Origin: Camelus ferus
Taxonomy: Eukaryota
Reading direction: 5' to 3'
Length of the DNA stretch: 64,000 nucleotides
NCBI RefSeq assembly: GCF_009834535.1
Contig: NC_045697.1
Location: 51,090,001 to 51,154,000 of the forward strand
The notes under the pieces were generated by a model, which ran no database searches, was not told where the DNA came from, and worked only from the letters and a program-made list of their open reading frames with translations. This document shows positions 1 to 12,910 of this stretch, piece by piece. Numbering within the stretch: position 1 is the first letter of the stretch; every line of letters starts with the position of its first letter. The translations under genes and the position numbers were made by a program.

Positions 1-3000
1 CCTCCTTGTTGCAATTTAAAAAACCTCAAGGGATCCTCTTTCCCGTAGTGAAGAAGCATTCTTTGTGTTGACACGTATTCTTTGTACCAGCCTCTGGAGC
101 TAACCCTGCCCTCTGACCCCTGACAGACTACTCTAGTGCTCTAGAGCCCAGCCCAGTGACATGGCTAACCTTACCTGACATGTTAGGGTGTTCATCGCCT
201 TGCTGATGCCCCCTTCCATCAATGGAAGATGTGTGTGGCTTCTGATGCCTCCTGGTACTCAGCCGTGCGGCTTCGCAAATCACCAACCAAATTACTCCAT
301 CTGAGGTGGGTGAGGGCCAGGATGGGCTTCTTCTCTCTGTCACTCTCAGCACCTAGTTGTCCTACTCCTTATTCTCCAGTGATCCTGCTCCTTAATTCAG
401 TTCTTCTCTGAAATTCTTAAGTCTAGCGTTTTTAAGGAACCAGTTCCTAGGGTCCAGATATCAACTGATTAAGTGAATGAAAGAAGAAATTTGCAACAAA
501 CAGAACTAAGATCTGAGTGGAGATAAAGAGTAAATATTTAAAAATGTGATCTGTTCATTTGATGCAGCATTTCTCAGAAACTGTGCAAGTAACTGCTTAT
601 AGTCTAGTACTGAAGTAATTATACAAGGTCCACCTGAATTAAATACAATGAAAAAATGGTTATTAATCTACATATATATCAATCATCATATGTAACATTT
701 TTTGAACATAAAATTTTTAATTAGTCAGAGAAAGAGCTTACTCTTCCCAAAAGATAAATCTCAAAGTGCTAGAGCACTTTCTTTGGTGCCAGGCAAGTAT
801 TCGTGTATTTATTCATCAGTCACTCACACAAGAGAGATAACAGGGATAATTTTAGATCGGTTGGACTGATGCAAAAGTGACACCATCATAGGGAAAGTTA
901 CTAGGTCTATCAGTTTTGAATATGCAGTTCTTGATGTATTTTAACTTGGGGGAATTTTCATTATTTAACTTTTTAAAAATAAAATATATCATTATTATTA
1001 TCTTAAAGCACAAATGTGCATAATTCAAATTTACATAAAATTCAGTTTACTGTATCTACTATTTTTGGAAGCCCAAGAAATTGCTCTAAGTCAGGAGTCT
1101 ATGATTTGTAGTTTAGAATATTTAGAGCCCATAGCATAAATCAATTTATTCAGCTAATTTTTATCAAATATCTGTTATATATCAGGTTATGCTAAGTGCC
1201 AACACATAACTTCTGGTTCATGATCCCTTCTGGTAAGAAACAATAGCTAGTTAAGGAGATAGACGTACAAATGAATTGATACTATTAAATGGACTTGCTC
1301 TCAGGAGTCAGAACTATGTGTGTTTAAATTCCAGCCGTAGGACTCCAATTTCACATATTTAAAATGCATATAAAATCTACCAAGTTATAATAAAATGTGA
1401 ATGCTATAATAAGTCAAGTTCAAAAAGCAAACAAGGCATCAGAGAAGGAAATAACTAACTCAATGCAGGGAAATATCCTCAGAGAAGGTGACCTTTGTGT
1501 TGAGTTAAGCAGATAAAGAAGAGCGAGAAAGACATACCAGGCAGAAGGAGAAAGCATGCGTGAAAAAGCACTGTGTGTTCATGAATAGGGTGAAAAGGAC
1601 ACTGATTAGAATATCAAAGGAGGGGTGAAAAAAAGATCGAAAAGATACTGAATCACTTTATCAAGTGACTAAGGGAAGCAAAGATAGTTGTTATGTGAGA
1701 AGGGAAGGGTAGAAATGTTGTGATTCCATGTGTGATTCCCACATATCCAACACATCAGTTATAAAACAGCAATCTTATCACACTGTCAGCCGCCCCATCA
1801 TAAACCAAATCTCTAAAATGTTAACAATTGTAATAAAAATAACTGACCCCATGTTCTACTCCAGGAGGCAGACTTCACATTTTATTCTGCATTAATAATG
1901 TCCTCTGGATTTATGCAACTCCAGCATGGACTTAAGTGAAGTTCCTAGTTTATCAGTTAAGATTTAGAACAATGAGCAGAGCAGTGATACTTACATGCTT
2001 CTTTATTGTCCAGTCAGAGAACATGAAGATTCTTCCTAATGCCCAGGCACCACATCTTCCTATTCAGGTCCACATACCACCTCTTTGTTGGTACTACTTT
2101 CCTTATTGTCAAATGCATATCCTTCCTGGCTAATTTTATATCTGTCATCTCAAGAAAAAAAGATAGCAATGCTGTTGTTATTGCTCATGATGTGTTGGCT
2201 TCTTGGAGCTAATTTGTATTGAAATGAATAAATCCTCTTGCCACTACAGTTCTCTATTATCAGTTATTTAATTTAACCCGGTTATAGCATTATTCATGAT
2301 GATTTAGCATCCATCATATCATGATGAATTCTGACTTCCATGACTCTCTTTTATGTTATTATTGTGCTTCATCAATGATTAGCACAAATGCAAGTCTCTG
2401 GTCATCTTAAATTCACTGTTACGACTTCCTTAGCATAAATGTAGGTCACACATCTTCCAAACATATTTTCTCCTGAACTCTTAGGTCATAATCACTGCAT
2501 TTCTAGAGTGCAATCTCTTTCAATGCTAAACTATGCTCTTAGTTTCCACACACAGCCACCAATAGGGAATATGGATGAAGGACCTATGGTGAAACAAGAA
2601 GAGTGATCTTATTCCTGCAAGGGATGCTTGGCCTGGCTTAAGACCAATCCAGAGGAGCACGATATAACCACATTGATGAAAGCAAGAGAGGACATCAACT
2701 GGCAGGGCCCAAGAGCATTAAGGAGTGGTGGTCTCCAGAGCACTGCTTGACCCTTGATATGGAGTTTGTGGAGAGATTGGTGTGACCACATTCGGTGCCA
2801 GTGTCAGGGAGCACATTGAGTAAAGGACACCTGCCAGCCCCTCTGCCACCATTCCTGCCATATTTTCATATGGTAAACAGAGGTTGCCCTTTGGGAACAC
2901 AGACAACAAAGAGCTGATAGATGGGACCACACGTGCAGCTCAAGCCCAGGGATCAGTCAACTGCCCAGATCCTAAACTCATCCTGTGTCCAATGTGAGTG

Positions 3001-3177
3001 ATTTACAGAAAACTCACCAGTCATAACCTTACTTAAGAGGATGCGGGAAATGGAGTTGACCTAAGTAACTTCGGCAAATGATATTTTGACTGGAAATTTT
3101 AAGGCTAAAGACAAAAGAAACTGTACATAGACACTGTATTCTGGTTGGTAAGTTTGTTTTAACATAGCGATATGGGT

Positions 3178-3415
3178 AATTGGGAGTTTGAGATTTGCAG
3201 ATACTGACTGGTATATATAAAATAGTTCAGCAAGTTTATACTGTATATCACAGGGAACTATATTCGATATTGTAGTAGCTTACAGTGAAAAAGAATATGA
3301 AAATGAATATATGTATGTTCATATATAACTGAAGCATTGTTCTGTACACTGGAAATTGATATAACATTGTAAACTGATTACACTTCAATAAGAAAATAAA
3401 ATAAATTAAAAAATA
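3178..3415 (+). mobile_element. 5'-truncated lineage L1 3' end with TSD (AACATAGCGATATGGGT 3161-3177 / AAAATAGAGATATGGGT 3416-3432)
   Basis: TTGGGAGTTTGAGATTTGCAGATACTGACT...CACAGGGAACTATATT...AATAAG plus A-rich tail. Confidence 0.88.
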
Positions 3416-3482
3416 AAAATAGAGATATGGGTCAACAATTCTGAAACTCCTTCATATGTATCCTGGGGTTGAAAAAAATGCA

Positions 3483-3846
3483 AGATTGCAGCAACATGGA
3501 TGAACCTAGAGATTATCATACTAAGTGAAGTAAGTCAGACAAGACAAATACTGTATCGCTTGTATGTGGTAATCTAAAAAAAAGATACAAATGAACTTAT
3601 TTACAAGACAGAAGCAGACTCACAGACATAGAAAACAAACTTAGGAGAAAGAAGATTAGGGATAAATTAGGAGTTTGGGATTAACAAATACACATTACTA
3701 TATATAAAATAGATAAACAACAAGGTCCTACTGTATAGCACAGGGAACTCTATTCAATATCTTGTAATAACCTATAATGGAAAGAATCTGAAAAAGAATA
3801 TATATGTATATATATGTGTGTGTATATGTATGTGTGTGTGTGTGTG

Positions 3847-3887
<41 letters not shown>

Positions 3888-3960
3888 CTGAATCACTTTG
3901 TTGTGCACCTGAAAATAACACAAAACTGTAAATCAATTATACTTCAATTTAAAAAAAAGA
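3483..3960 (+). mobile_element. 5'-truncated L1 3' end with TSD AAAAAAATGCA; contains (TA)n/(TG)n microsatellite ~3798-3885
   Basis: GCAGCAACATGGATGAACCTAGAGATTATCATACTAAGTGAAGTAAGTCAGAC (end of ORF2), 3' UTR and A tail. Confidence 0.9.
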
Positions 3961-4810
3961 AAAAAAATGCATGGTAGATAGTGAGAGACAAGTTTCTCAC
4001 CATCAAAGAGGGAATTGCAAAGGGAGAAGGCTCGAATGATTTCTGTGGTTCTGGAGTGGTTAGAGACATCAGTATGAACTCATATTTTGATAGACAGATA
4101 TTGAAATAATTACATTATATGTATATACATGGGTTAGTATCCAAACTTACATCCCTTAGCTCTGATCACTGAGTCTAGAAATAGTGATACCACATTAGCA
4201 ATAAGCACATCCAGTGCTCAGATTCTTGTTTCTAATACCATTTTCTAGTAAACAGAACCAGAACTCCTTGGAGACATGGCTGCTCCCAGGTCTGGGGAAG
4301 GGAAAATACACGATGAACCCAGAGCATCTCGTAGTGCCAAAGAATAAGAATCATTCAAAAGAAGCAAAGAAAGTATGGGAGCATGTCAAGGGGCACAGGA
4401 GCGAACCTGCAAGAACTCTCAAAGGCCAAAGCTGGAATAATTTGAATAGCAAAATAAATAATGTAGCATTGAATTATAACCCAAAGTATAAAATAAATAT
4501 ACACGAATCCATATTGATATAAATGATTAAATAAATAAATGGAGTGAAGTGACAGATCTTTCTCACAAGAATTCTAAATAATAGATGTTGATACTCCCCC
4601 CTTCTGGAAGCTTCATCCTCTCCCTCCCTCACTTGAGTGTGGGCTGAATTAGTGACTCCCTTCCAAACATAGAGTATGGAAAGGGAAAAAAAACTTTACA
4701 GCGAGAAACCTGGCAAACATTCCCTTAATCAAGTGCTCAATCTTAGCATCCCTGGTGATAAATCGTGTGGCTATGACGTATCCTCTGATGTGATATGAAG
4801 AGAAGAGCGC

Positions 4811-4812
<2 letters not shown>

Positions 4813-4845
<33 letters not shown>
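4813..4845. repeat. (CA)n microsatellite
   Basis: About 16 CA units. Confidence 0.95.
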
Positions 4846-4848
<3 letters not shown>

Positions 4849-5751
4849 TTAGTGTGTCTGCACCATTTTTGTGCCCAATCTTCCACACTGTGCAGCAAAA
4901 GACAAACTGCAACAGCCAACCATCAGAATGATGCACTTGCCAGGCCAACCTCTCAGAACCAGAGAGGGCCTTGGGCTCCTGGATCACTCTTTGGGTCAAG
5001 TGTCTATGTTCCTCTGGGAATCTGGTTGACCCTGGGGGGAGTGGTGATGCTGGGATCTTGGAGTCCTACATTCTAGAGAGTCTTTTCTCAAAAATTTTAA
5101 GTTCCCTTTCAGGGCCTGGGCTGCAGTGCCACCCAGACCTGGCCCCATGTGTATCCAGTTCTGTGGAAATGCCTTACTCAAAAATTTCTAGGTCTAGCTC
5201 TAGGAGCTTCCATGAGCCAGTTTCTCCCTTTAAAGGCTATCTTTGACCTTTGTGACGATTGCAACGAAATGTGGAAAAATATCTGATACAGTCAACAGGA
5301 GGCCAAAGTAGGGGTTGGGGGTAGATGGGGAGGGAGTGTGGAATTAACGTTACTATGGGTTAAAAAAAGCAAGCTGTTGGTAGCATTAGTATGAAATCAA
5401 TTTTATACAAATTTAAAAAATACTCAAACTAGTAAGGCTGTAAATGATTTTTAAGTGTGTCAATTCATAGACAATGGTCTGATGTCAGTAGCAACCTCTA
5501 GGAAGATGGAAAAGAGGCTCGGTATTGAGCATAACATCTTAATATTTTACAACAAAATTTCACGTTCTAACACTTGTACTCCCTCAGTTCAATATATTGT
5601 AATCATTTTTTTACTGTAACTCTGTCCAGATTTCCTAATCCTCTCTTCCAATGATGCATCCCCAAACTTGGTCTTACATTTTTCTTGTATTGTCATCCTA
5701 AACTGCCTCAAATTTCTTCTAGGGTCAGCTTTTATCCTAATTCAATTAGTA

Positions 5752-6575
5752 CCGTAGTCCCCCTTATCCACGGCTTCACTTTCTGTAGTTTCAGTTACTC
5801 AGGTCAACTACAGTTTGAAAATATGAAGTGGAAAATTCCAGAAATAAACAATTCATAAGTTTTACATTGCATGCTTTTCCAAGTAGCATTTTGAAATCTC
5901 ATGCCGTCTTGCCCAGGACATGAATCATCCTTTTGTCCAGCATGCCCCACCTGTTAGTCACCTGTAACTTTCTCAGTAATCAGATCAGCTGTCCCTGTAT
6001 CAGTGTAGTTGGGTTCAGGCCACCCTTATTTTACTTAATAATCCCTCCAAAGTGCACTGGGAGTAATGCTGGCAATTACAATATGCCAAAGAGAAGCTAT
6101 GAAGCACTTCCTTTAAGTGAAAAGGTGAAAATTCTCCACTTAAGAAGGAAAGAAAAAGAATCGGGCTGAGGTTGTTAAGAATAGTAAGGATAAATCTTTT
6201 ATCTGTAAAGTTGTGGAGGAGGAAAAAAAAATTCATGCTATTTTTCCTATCACATTCCAAACTGCAAAAATTACAGCCACAGTGCGTGATAAGTGCTTAG
6301 TTAAGATAGAAAAGGCATTAAAATTGTACAATAAGGTATTTTAAGAGAGTAAGACCACATTCACATAAGTTTTATTGCAGTATATGTAATAATTGTTCTA
6401 TTTTATTATTATTTGTTGTTAACCTCTTACTGTGCCTAATTTATATATTAAATTTTATCATAGTTATGTATGTATAGGATGAAACATAGTATATATAAGA
6501 TTTGGTGCTATCTGGGATTTCAGGCATCCATTGGGAGTTTTGGAATGTATTCCCTGCAGAAAAGGGGGACAACTG
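5752..6575 (+). mobile_element. MER44/Tigger7-family TcMar-Tigger non-autonomous DNA transposon with TA TSDs
   Basis: TA-CCGTAGTCCCCCTTATCC ... GAAAAGGGGGACAACTG-TA TIRs; internal transposase N-terminal remnant MPKRSYEALPLSEKVKIL. Confidence 0.88.
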
Positions 6576-6903
6576 TATCTTTACAATCATTTCTACCTTC
6601 TGGGTCCCTCACATTTATTATTGGGTTATAGTAGTAAGAAAAAGCCATGTTTTATATGCCTTACCTATACCACAGTTTCTATTCTTTTATTTGAAACTAT
6701 CATAATGTTAAAATGTTCCTTTGAATGTCTATAATCCATAACTCAGAACAATATTAATGTTTCTTTTACATAATTAACCCAGAAGGAACTGGAAGTCCTC
6801 TGCTGAGACGGGGGAAGAGAGAACAGTGGGACTTTGACAGAACTTACAAAAATTTCAGAATGGCAACACATCTTTGAAAAATAACAGTCATGGACAATTA
6901 TGT

Positions 6904-7077
6904 TAGATTCTTTTCATTTTTTTTTATTAATAGTAGCATAGAGAAGAGAGGCAAAATGTTTAAAGAAATCCGTGTTCTTTAGATAGGGCGTTGGTTTAGC
7001 ACCAACAGAAAAAGAAAAACAGATGAATAAGCTCTGGGTACTCCATTTCTCTTTCTTTCTCTTCTTCTCAGGGTAGG
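6904..7077 (-). other. ALB: ALB exon 15 (non-coding 3' UTR)
   Basis: cag|CCTACCCTGAGAAG...GCTTATTCATCTGTTTTTCTTTTTCTGTTGGTG...AATAAA...GAAAAGAATCTAA, closely resembling the albumin 3' UTR; 3' end approximate. Confidence 0.93.
6923..6928 (-). terminator. ALB polyadenylation signal AATAAA
   Basis: tttatt on + strand, about 20 nt before the expected cleavage site. Confidence 0.9.
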
Positions 7078-8039
7078 CTGAAGAACAACAAAAGGATAAA
7101 TATAATTACTGTTTATAAAATGGCATTTTTTTTCAAACCTATTCAAGTGAATGCTAAATTGCTTAGATTGTCTTTCTGCAATTTCTACCAGTGAAAACGA
7201 CTCAAGCCTGTCCTAGACTCATGGCAGGTGAATACATCTGTTGTGTTCTCCCCTAAGAGGACACACCAGTAAGGACTGTATAGACCCCTCTTTGTCACTG
7301 ATGTCATCAGGCTCCTCAAGCTTCAACATCACAGGCTTTTCATCATCAACTCTCAGTCATTTACTTAACATCTTCTTCTCACCTAAGTTAATTACAAACA
7401 AAAAAGTTGTCTTCTCAAAGTTAGACCTTTAGGAAGAACATCTTGCCATGTAGGACTAAAACAAATCACATTTGAAATGCCCAAATTTGCAGAGATATGA
7501 AACTGGTTCCTTGCCTGAATGCATTATATGTATGTATTGCCATAAGGACAATGAGCAAGTTAAAACCTAAAGTGGAATAAACATCACAGTTGGTTTGAAA
7601 AATATGGAAATAATTCATGCAAAAAAATAGTTGAACAACTTGCTTCAAAAAAGGAAGTTATTCTATTTTTAATTTCCCCCAAAATATTATAACCTAATGG
7701 GTAAAACATGTTCATGTTCAAACAACTAAATTTTAAAGGGAGTCTTTTGTCATAAGACGAGAAATTCTCTTAAGGCTCAGTATGTTGACACATTGAAAAC
7801 TTAGTAGCAGATTACTGACTTATAGTAGAAGTTCACAGAAGATAGACTTATATTCTCCAGTGAAATGAATGTGTTCTGGAGCTATATGGTTGAACTATGC
7901 AAAATCATTCATATTCAACTGGTCTTTTACATACAAAAATGCACCTTCATATGGTCTGGCCTGTTACCTAACATATCCCACTGCTGAACCATTGCTGCCT
8001 AGCTGAATGACTGTCTTCTGTGTCATATTAGGTCAGAAC

Positions 8040-8265
8040 AAGACAATGGTTAACTCTCAAACTCTGGTTTGAATTTTGAATTTTGGCTCCATCTCTCACT
8101 AGCTGGATGGTCCTTGGGTAAATGACTTAACCTATCCCTTGATCTGGGCCTTCATTTTCTCATCTTCAAAATGAGAATATTTATGGTACTCAACTCAAGC
8201 AAGTATTTTGAGAATTAAAGAAGTTAATATACATAACAAGCTTAGAACAGTGGTTGGCACTGGTC
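8040..8265 (+). mobile_element. MIR SINE (ALB intron 14)
   Basis: GGCTCCATCTCTCACTAGCTG...CCTTGGGTAAATGACTTAACC...CTCATCTTCAAAATGAGAAT core. Confidence 0.75.
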
Positions 8266-8360
8266 ATTTGATCTTTGCTATTTTAATAGTAACTATTATA
8301 ATTACTTTAAAAAAAAAACCCAAAGTATAGTTACCTGAGATGCTTATGATTGTGTTGTTT

Positions 8361-8402
8361 TTAGGCTAAGGCTGTTCGAGTTGCAGCAACAAGAAGTGGA
8401 CC
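8361..8402 (-). CDS. ALB: ALB exon 14 coding part with stop (exon continues as UTR to 8335)
   Basis: tag|GGT CCA CTT CTT GTT GCT GCA ACT CGA ACA GCC TTA GCC TAA; donor TCTCAG|gtaa after 8335 (68-nt exon). Confidence 0.97.
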   Translation of the reverse strand, partial: GPLLVAATRTALA

Positions 8403-9012
8403 CTAAATACAAAGAAATGACAGATGTGGGGAAAATATTAACATCACTATTAAAATTTTAAAAGTAACATTTATACAGCCATTGGTGATTACAAAGTAAT
8501 TGTACATACATCACATCCTTTAATTCCAGCTTAGTACTAGAATCTCTAGAAGGAAGCTCAGTGGCATAATTGCCCCCAAAGGAATAAAAAAAATTACTGT
8601 CAAGTCGTAGGGGGAAATAGTAAATGATTCAGACATTTAACTGTAAACTACCCCATTACCCTGTAAAGCCAAGCACTGAGATTCAACCAAATCACAAATC
8701 AGCATTTTTCAAGAAATTGCTTAAATAGATTAATGTTTTGGCTTGGTAATGTCTCTGCCAGAAGATTTCAGGCCTTACAAATATTTGTATCTATATATAA
8801 ACATCACAACTTTGGAAAGAGAACAAATACTAAGCAGGAGATTTTTTTTTTTAAAAAAAGAGCTATTTCAGTCTTTTGTAAGACAATTGATAAGATTTCT
8901 ATTCTGCATGCACAGTGTCCTTCAGACACTTAAAGCACTAATCCCTAGCCTGATCAAATGCAACAGCAAAGGGAATGAGACACACAAACATGAAGACAAA
9001 CAACGCCAGTAC

Positions 9013-9145
9013 CTCCACAGTAAAGCAGGCCTCTTTGTCAACCGCTGCGCAGCACTTATCTACAAAAGCTACAAATTTCTCCATAACAGTCTTCAGTTGT
9101 TCGTCTGTTGCCTTAGGCTTGTGTTTCAACAGCTCAGCGAGTGCA
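9013..9145 (-). CDS. ALB: ALB exon 13
   Basis: [44 protein letters not shown]; cag/gtact; 133 nt. Confidence 0.98.
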
Positions 9146-10333
9146 CTGCATTTGAATGAAAACAAAAAAGAAAAGAAAAAAAGAAAAAAAAAGTTTACTC
9201 ACTAAAGAAGAATGGAGATGGTAAAGATGGTAGCACTGCTGGTTAAGATTATAAATCTTAGAGCCAGGCAACTCTGGCTTTGAGGCCCAGGCTTACCATT
9301 ATAAGTGTCAATATTCACATTTACATAGTGAGGAGAATAAAATCCACCTTCACAGGGTTAGTGGAAGGATCAAATTAAGCACTGACTGTAAACTGCTCAA
9401 CATTTGTAGTGTCAGTAAATCTCAACAAATCGTTCTCTAGTAAATCAGCGGGAGGGATGATGTCGTTGCATTTATCCACTATTAACATTTTGGAAATTAT
9501 GCCATATTGAATTTTATAGCTATTTAAGAGCTAAAAAGGATCCTTAAAAACTTACTTATCTTGGGCTCCACTTTAAAAGTTTCTAATCTGAGAATCTTTA
9601 TATTTGGTTTTTGTAATTTGCCCCATTAAAAGTTAACTGTGGAGAGGCCACAGGAAATAAGACTATTCAAATTCATGGGAGCTGGTGGTTCTCTTTCATT
9701 GGCATCTATAGAGAGAACAGTGCTAGGGAGAGGGTCATGTGGGGATGATAGGCTTTGCAATAGTACTCTTAAGTCTATGGTCATAATCAGAAGCCACCAG
9801 AGATCATAGCAACCTTATGTTGCTAAATTTCATGCAATTATAACCCCTTGTGACAGTAATAGGGAGTGAAGCCTCAGAACTCACAATCCCAGATGTTTTT
9901 AATCCAAGTTTCATTCTCAAAAGTCAGATCTTGAGGGTTTGTCTTACCTGTGGGTTGCCATAGAGCAAACTGAAAATAACCATTCATACCTAGAAATAAA
10001 TTCTCCTCTGATTTCTACTAACTGATTTGCTATCTGCAGAAATGCCTCAGTTAATTCTTCAGCTTTTTTCCTGGAGCTAGGCTAAGATATTATTCTACAG
10101 CAGCTTTTATCCACAAGACTATTCTGAATGATTTAGAGGCAAGATTATGATACAGTTTTTTTTCTTTTGCTAAGAAAACAAAACACCATTTTATTCTTGA
10201 AACTTTTATCAGCTTAATATGGCCAATACTTAAGTGCTTAAGGTATATAACTACTTCAGAAAAAGTTGCTCTTTTCAATTTACAGTTCTCACTATCAAGA
10301 CTAAAATATATGCAGTAATTAAATACTCCTCAC

Positions 10334-10557
10334 GTTTGTTTCTTGATTTGTTTCTCAGGCTCAGAAACTGAGCATAAATCTGCATGGAAGGTGAATGTTT
10401 TCTCATCAAATTCTTTGGGTTCATATGTTTCATCGGCTGTCAGAGAAGAAAAGCATGGTCGTCTGTTCACCAAGGACTCTGTGCAGCACTTGGTAACTCT
10501 GGGGCTCACTGGTGTCTTCTCGTGCAACACGCACAACCGGTTCAGGATCAGGGACAG
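10334..10557 (-). CDS. ALB: ALB exon 12
   Basis: [75 protein letters not shown]; tag/gtgag; 224 nt. Confidence 0.98.
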
Positions 10558-11100
10558 CTAAAAATAGGCCAGAGAGCAGAAATTCAGAAGTATAATGAAA
10601 AGTTTTGTTATATTTTAACTAGCAACACTGAATCCAGGGGTGATTTGAGGCAGTGACTTGCTTATCTTTAGAACTACAAGTAATAAGGGACTATGAGCAG
10701 TCTTTTCTCTTTTAATCAAATATGGCTACATTTTAAGAATAATTTACTTGAGAAAACAATTGATTAAAAAATTTGAGGTGAGTCCTGAAATATGTGTTAG
10801 AGTAGGGAAGAAACAGTCCTATGCTGATACATTAAAGAAAAGACCCCAAAAAGTAATAATTTAGAAAATGCCAGGATAGAACATTGAAAATTCATGGAAA
10901 TTTTTCAAAACAATTTATCATTTTTATAATTGTATATAAATCTTCATTCTGATGGTCAGGATAATATAGGTGAACAAGTCCTGGCTTTCACTACCATATA
11001 CACAACACATACATACACCCTGCTTCTGAAAGTTAGCTTTGTTCACATCTAAAAGCAAAGAATCATCATTTTTAACTTTATTATATTTTAAAAGACTCAC

Positions 11101-11239
11101 GTAGTCTTCAGCACAGGACATTCTATTTGATTCAGGAAGTGTACAACATTTAGTGCCCACTCTTCCTAGGCCTCTTGCGACTTCCACGAGCGTTGGAGTT
11201 GACACTTGGGGTAGTCTCTTAGTGTAACGAACTAAGATG
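11101..11239 (-). CDS. ALB: ALB exon 11
   Basis: [46 protein letters not shown]; cag/gtgag; 139 nt. Confidence 0.98.
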
Positions 11240-11765
11240 CTGTAACAAAATAGTTCATATCCTTTCAGCCAGGCAAGAAACTGTCTTTTTATAACATAAT
11301 AGGTCAAGCAGAGAATACTTAGCCAAAAATCTATGAAGATGGTTTTCCATTTGTAAAATTATCTTCGTCTCTAGATTGGTGGGGTAATGTGGGTGAAGAC
11401 TTCGTCCTGAGAACTAATTAAGCCTAGCTTTGAATTTCATCTGTGCTGTATAATCTTAGGAAAGTGACTTATTATAATTCAGTGACATTAAAATATTTAT
11501 TAATTGTATCTTTCTTTCAATAAAACTTACTGAGAGCTTAATCTATATCAGCACTATACTAAATTTGAAAGATCAATAGGGATGGTATAAGGATTAAATT
11601 AAAAGAAACAAAGTATGCAATCAACCTGACATGGTATCTAACATGTAATAATAATATGCTAACATGTAATAATAGTTTACTAATAATAATTTACTGCTAC
11701 TAATAATAAGAATGCTAATCACCACATGAAATGTTAATCTAATGCCACATGCAAATGCTAATCAC

Positions 11766-11964
11766 ACACGGAAAGCCAATATATGACTGGAATCTACTCA
11801 AGGGAAGAAACTGTGTCTTGTTCATTGCTGTTACTCCTAGCACTGATAGCTAGAAGAGTGCTAATACACGGAAAGCCAATATATGACTGGAATCTACTCA
11901 AGGGAAGAAACTGTGTCTTGTTCATTGCTGTTACTCCTAGCACTGATAGCTAGAAGAGTGCTAA
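11766..11964. repeat. Perfect tandem duplication, two 99-bp copies with 100-bp period (ALB intron 10)
   Basis: 11766-11864 identical to 11866-11964. Confidence 0.97.
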
Positions 11965-12393
11965 CATGTGTAAGCTGAACAATAAATATTTACTGAATAA
12001 TGTGGCTCTATTTAATCAGGACATTAATCTATCATCTTATTGAGCTACTTCTATTCGAGACCTACTATTTCCTGCTCTGTGAACCATTGCTATATTTTGT
12101 TTGCTCGTAAACTACTCCTTACCTTTCAAAGGGCATCCGCAGTTCCTATATCCCAAGATTTGACATTTTTCCTCCCAGTCTTAAGAGATCAATTTTTTAA
12201 ACTTCACTCAAATACAGGCCTCTTCATTTCATCAACTATTTTATCTCATTTTCTCCAGTCTTTTGTGACAGAGAGTGATTATAAATAAATACTTTATTTT
12301 CATGATTATAAGTTCCATGATGGGTGGTCTATATATTGCCTTAAATATTTACTAAATGATCAAGAAAAAATAGCCAATAAGCAAAATACTTAC

Positions 12394-12491
12394 TCATTTT
12401 GGAATCCATACTCTCCAAGTTTTTCAAAAAGTTCACAGTTTTGTTTGACTAAATTCTGAGGTTCATCTGCAAGATGCTGGAGTTTATCAAA
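12394..12491 (-). CDS. ALB: ALB exon 10
   Basis: [32 protein letters not shown](D); cag/gtaag; 98 nt. Confidence 0.98.
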
Positions 12492-12664
12492 CTGAAAAAT
12501 GAAAGAACTGTGTTTATAGCATTCTATCTGAGGAACAGATGGAGGTTGTTTTTCACCCTCTTCGGCAGAGTAAGATCCTTCCTTCTTTCTGCCCAAAGCC
12601 ATATAAATACACTTTTGATGCCAAATCTATTATAATACACTTAAACCATTTATTTGGCGAGACT

Positions 12665-12910
12665 GCATAGGATAAGTGACTAAGAACAGTCAGACTCTGG
12701 AGTGTGACTACCAGTGTTTGAGCCAGGCCACCTCACTCACTTTCTAGCTGTGCAGCTTTACTCCACATCTCCATGCTTTGGAACCCTCACCTCTAAAATG
12801 GAGACGATGATGGTCCTCATTTCAGAGAATTGCTGTGTAAACTACCTGAGCTAATGGAATTAAAACAGAGCCTGGAACATAGTAAAAAGCTCAGTAAACA
12901 ATGGCTATGA
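12665..12910 (+). mobile_element. MIR SINE (ALB intron 9)
   Basis: CAGACTCTGGAGTGTGAC...CTAGCTGTG...CTCACCTCTAAAATGGAGACGATG...CCTGGAACATAGTAA. Confidence 0.65.

Larger units (their letters stand above)
3090..4810 (+). mobile_element. Old L1M (L1MC3/L1MD-like) 3' region, interrupted by two younger L1 3' ends
   Basis: Segments such as TAGCAATAAGCACATCCAGTGCTCAGATTCTTGTTTCTAATACCATTTTC...GAACCAGAACTCCTTGGAGACATGGCTG resemble L1MC/MD 3' UTR; subfamily from memory, boundaries approximate. Confidence 0.65.

Noticed and set aside
2588..2990. Possible ERVL-type LTR
   Set aside because: Composition is suggestive, but I could not identify TG...CA ends with a TSD or a family.
4214..5246. Cluster of 90-116-aa ORFs
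   Set aside because: They lie in or beside old L1 sequence and the CA repeat (HTHT/VCVC translations), with no coding signature.
1..6900. AFP exons or promoter expected downstream of ALB
   Set aside because: No AFP-like coding sequence found; the gene presumably lies beyond the left window edge.
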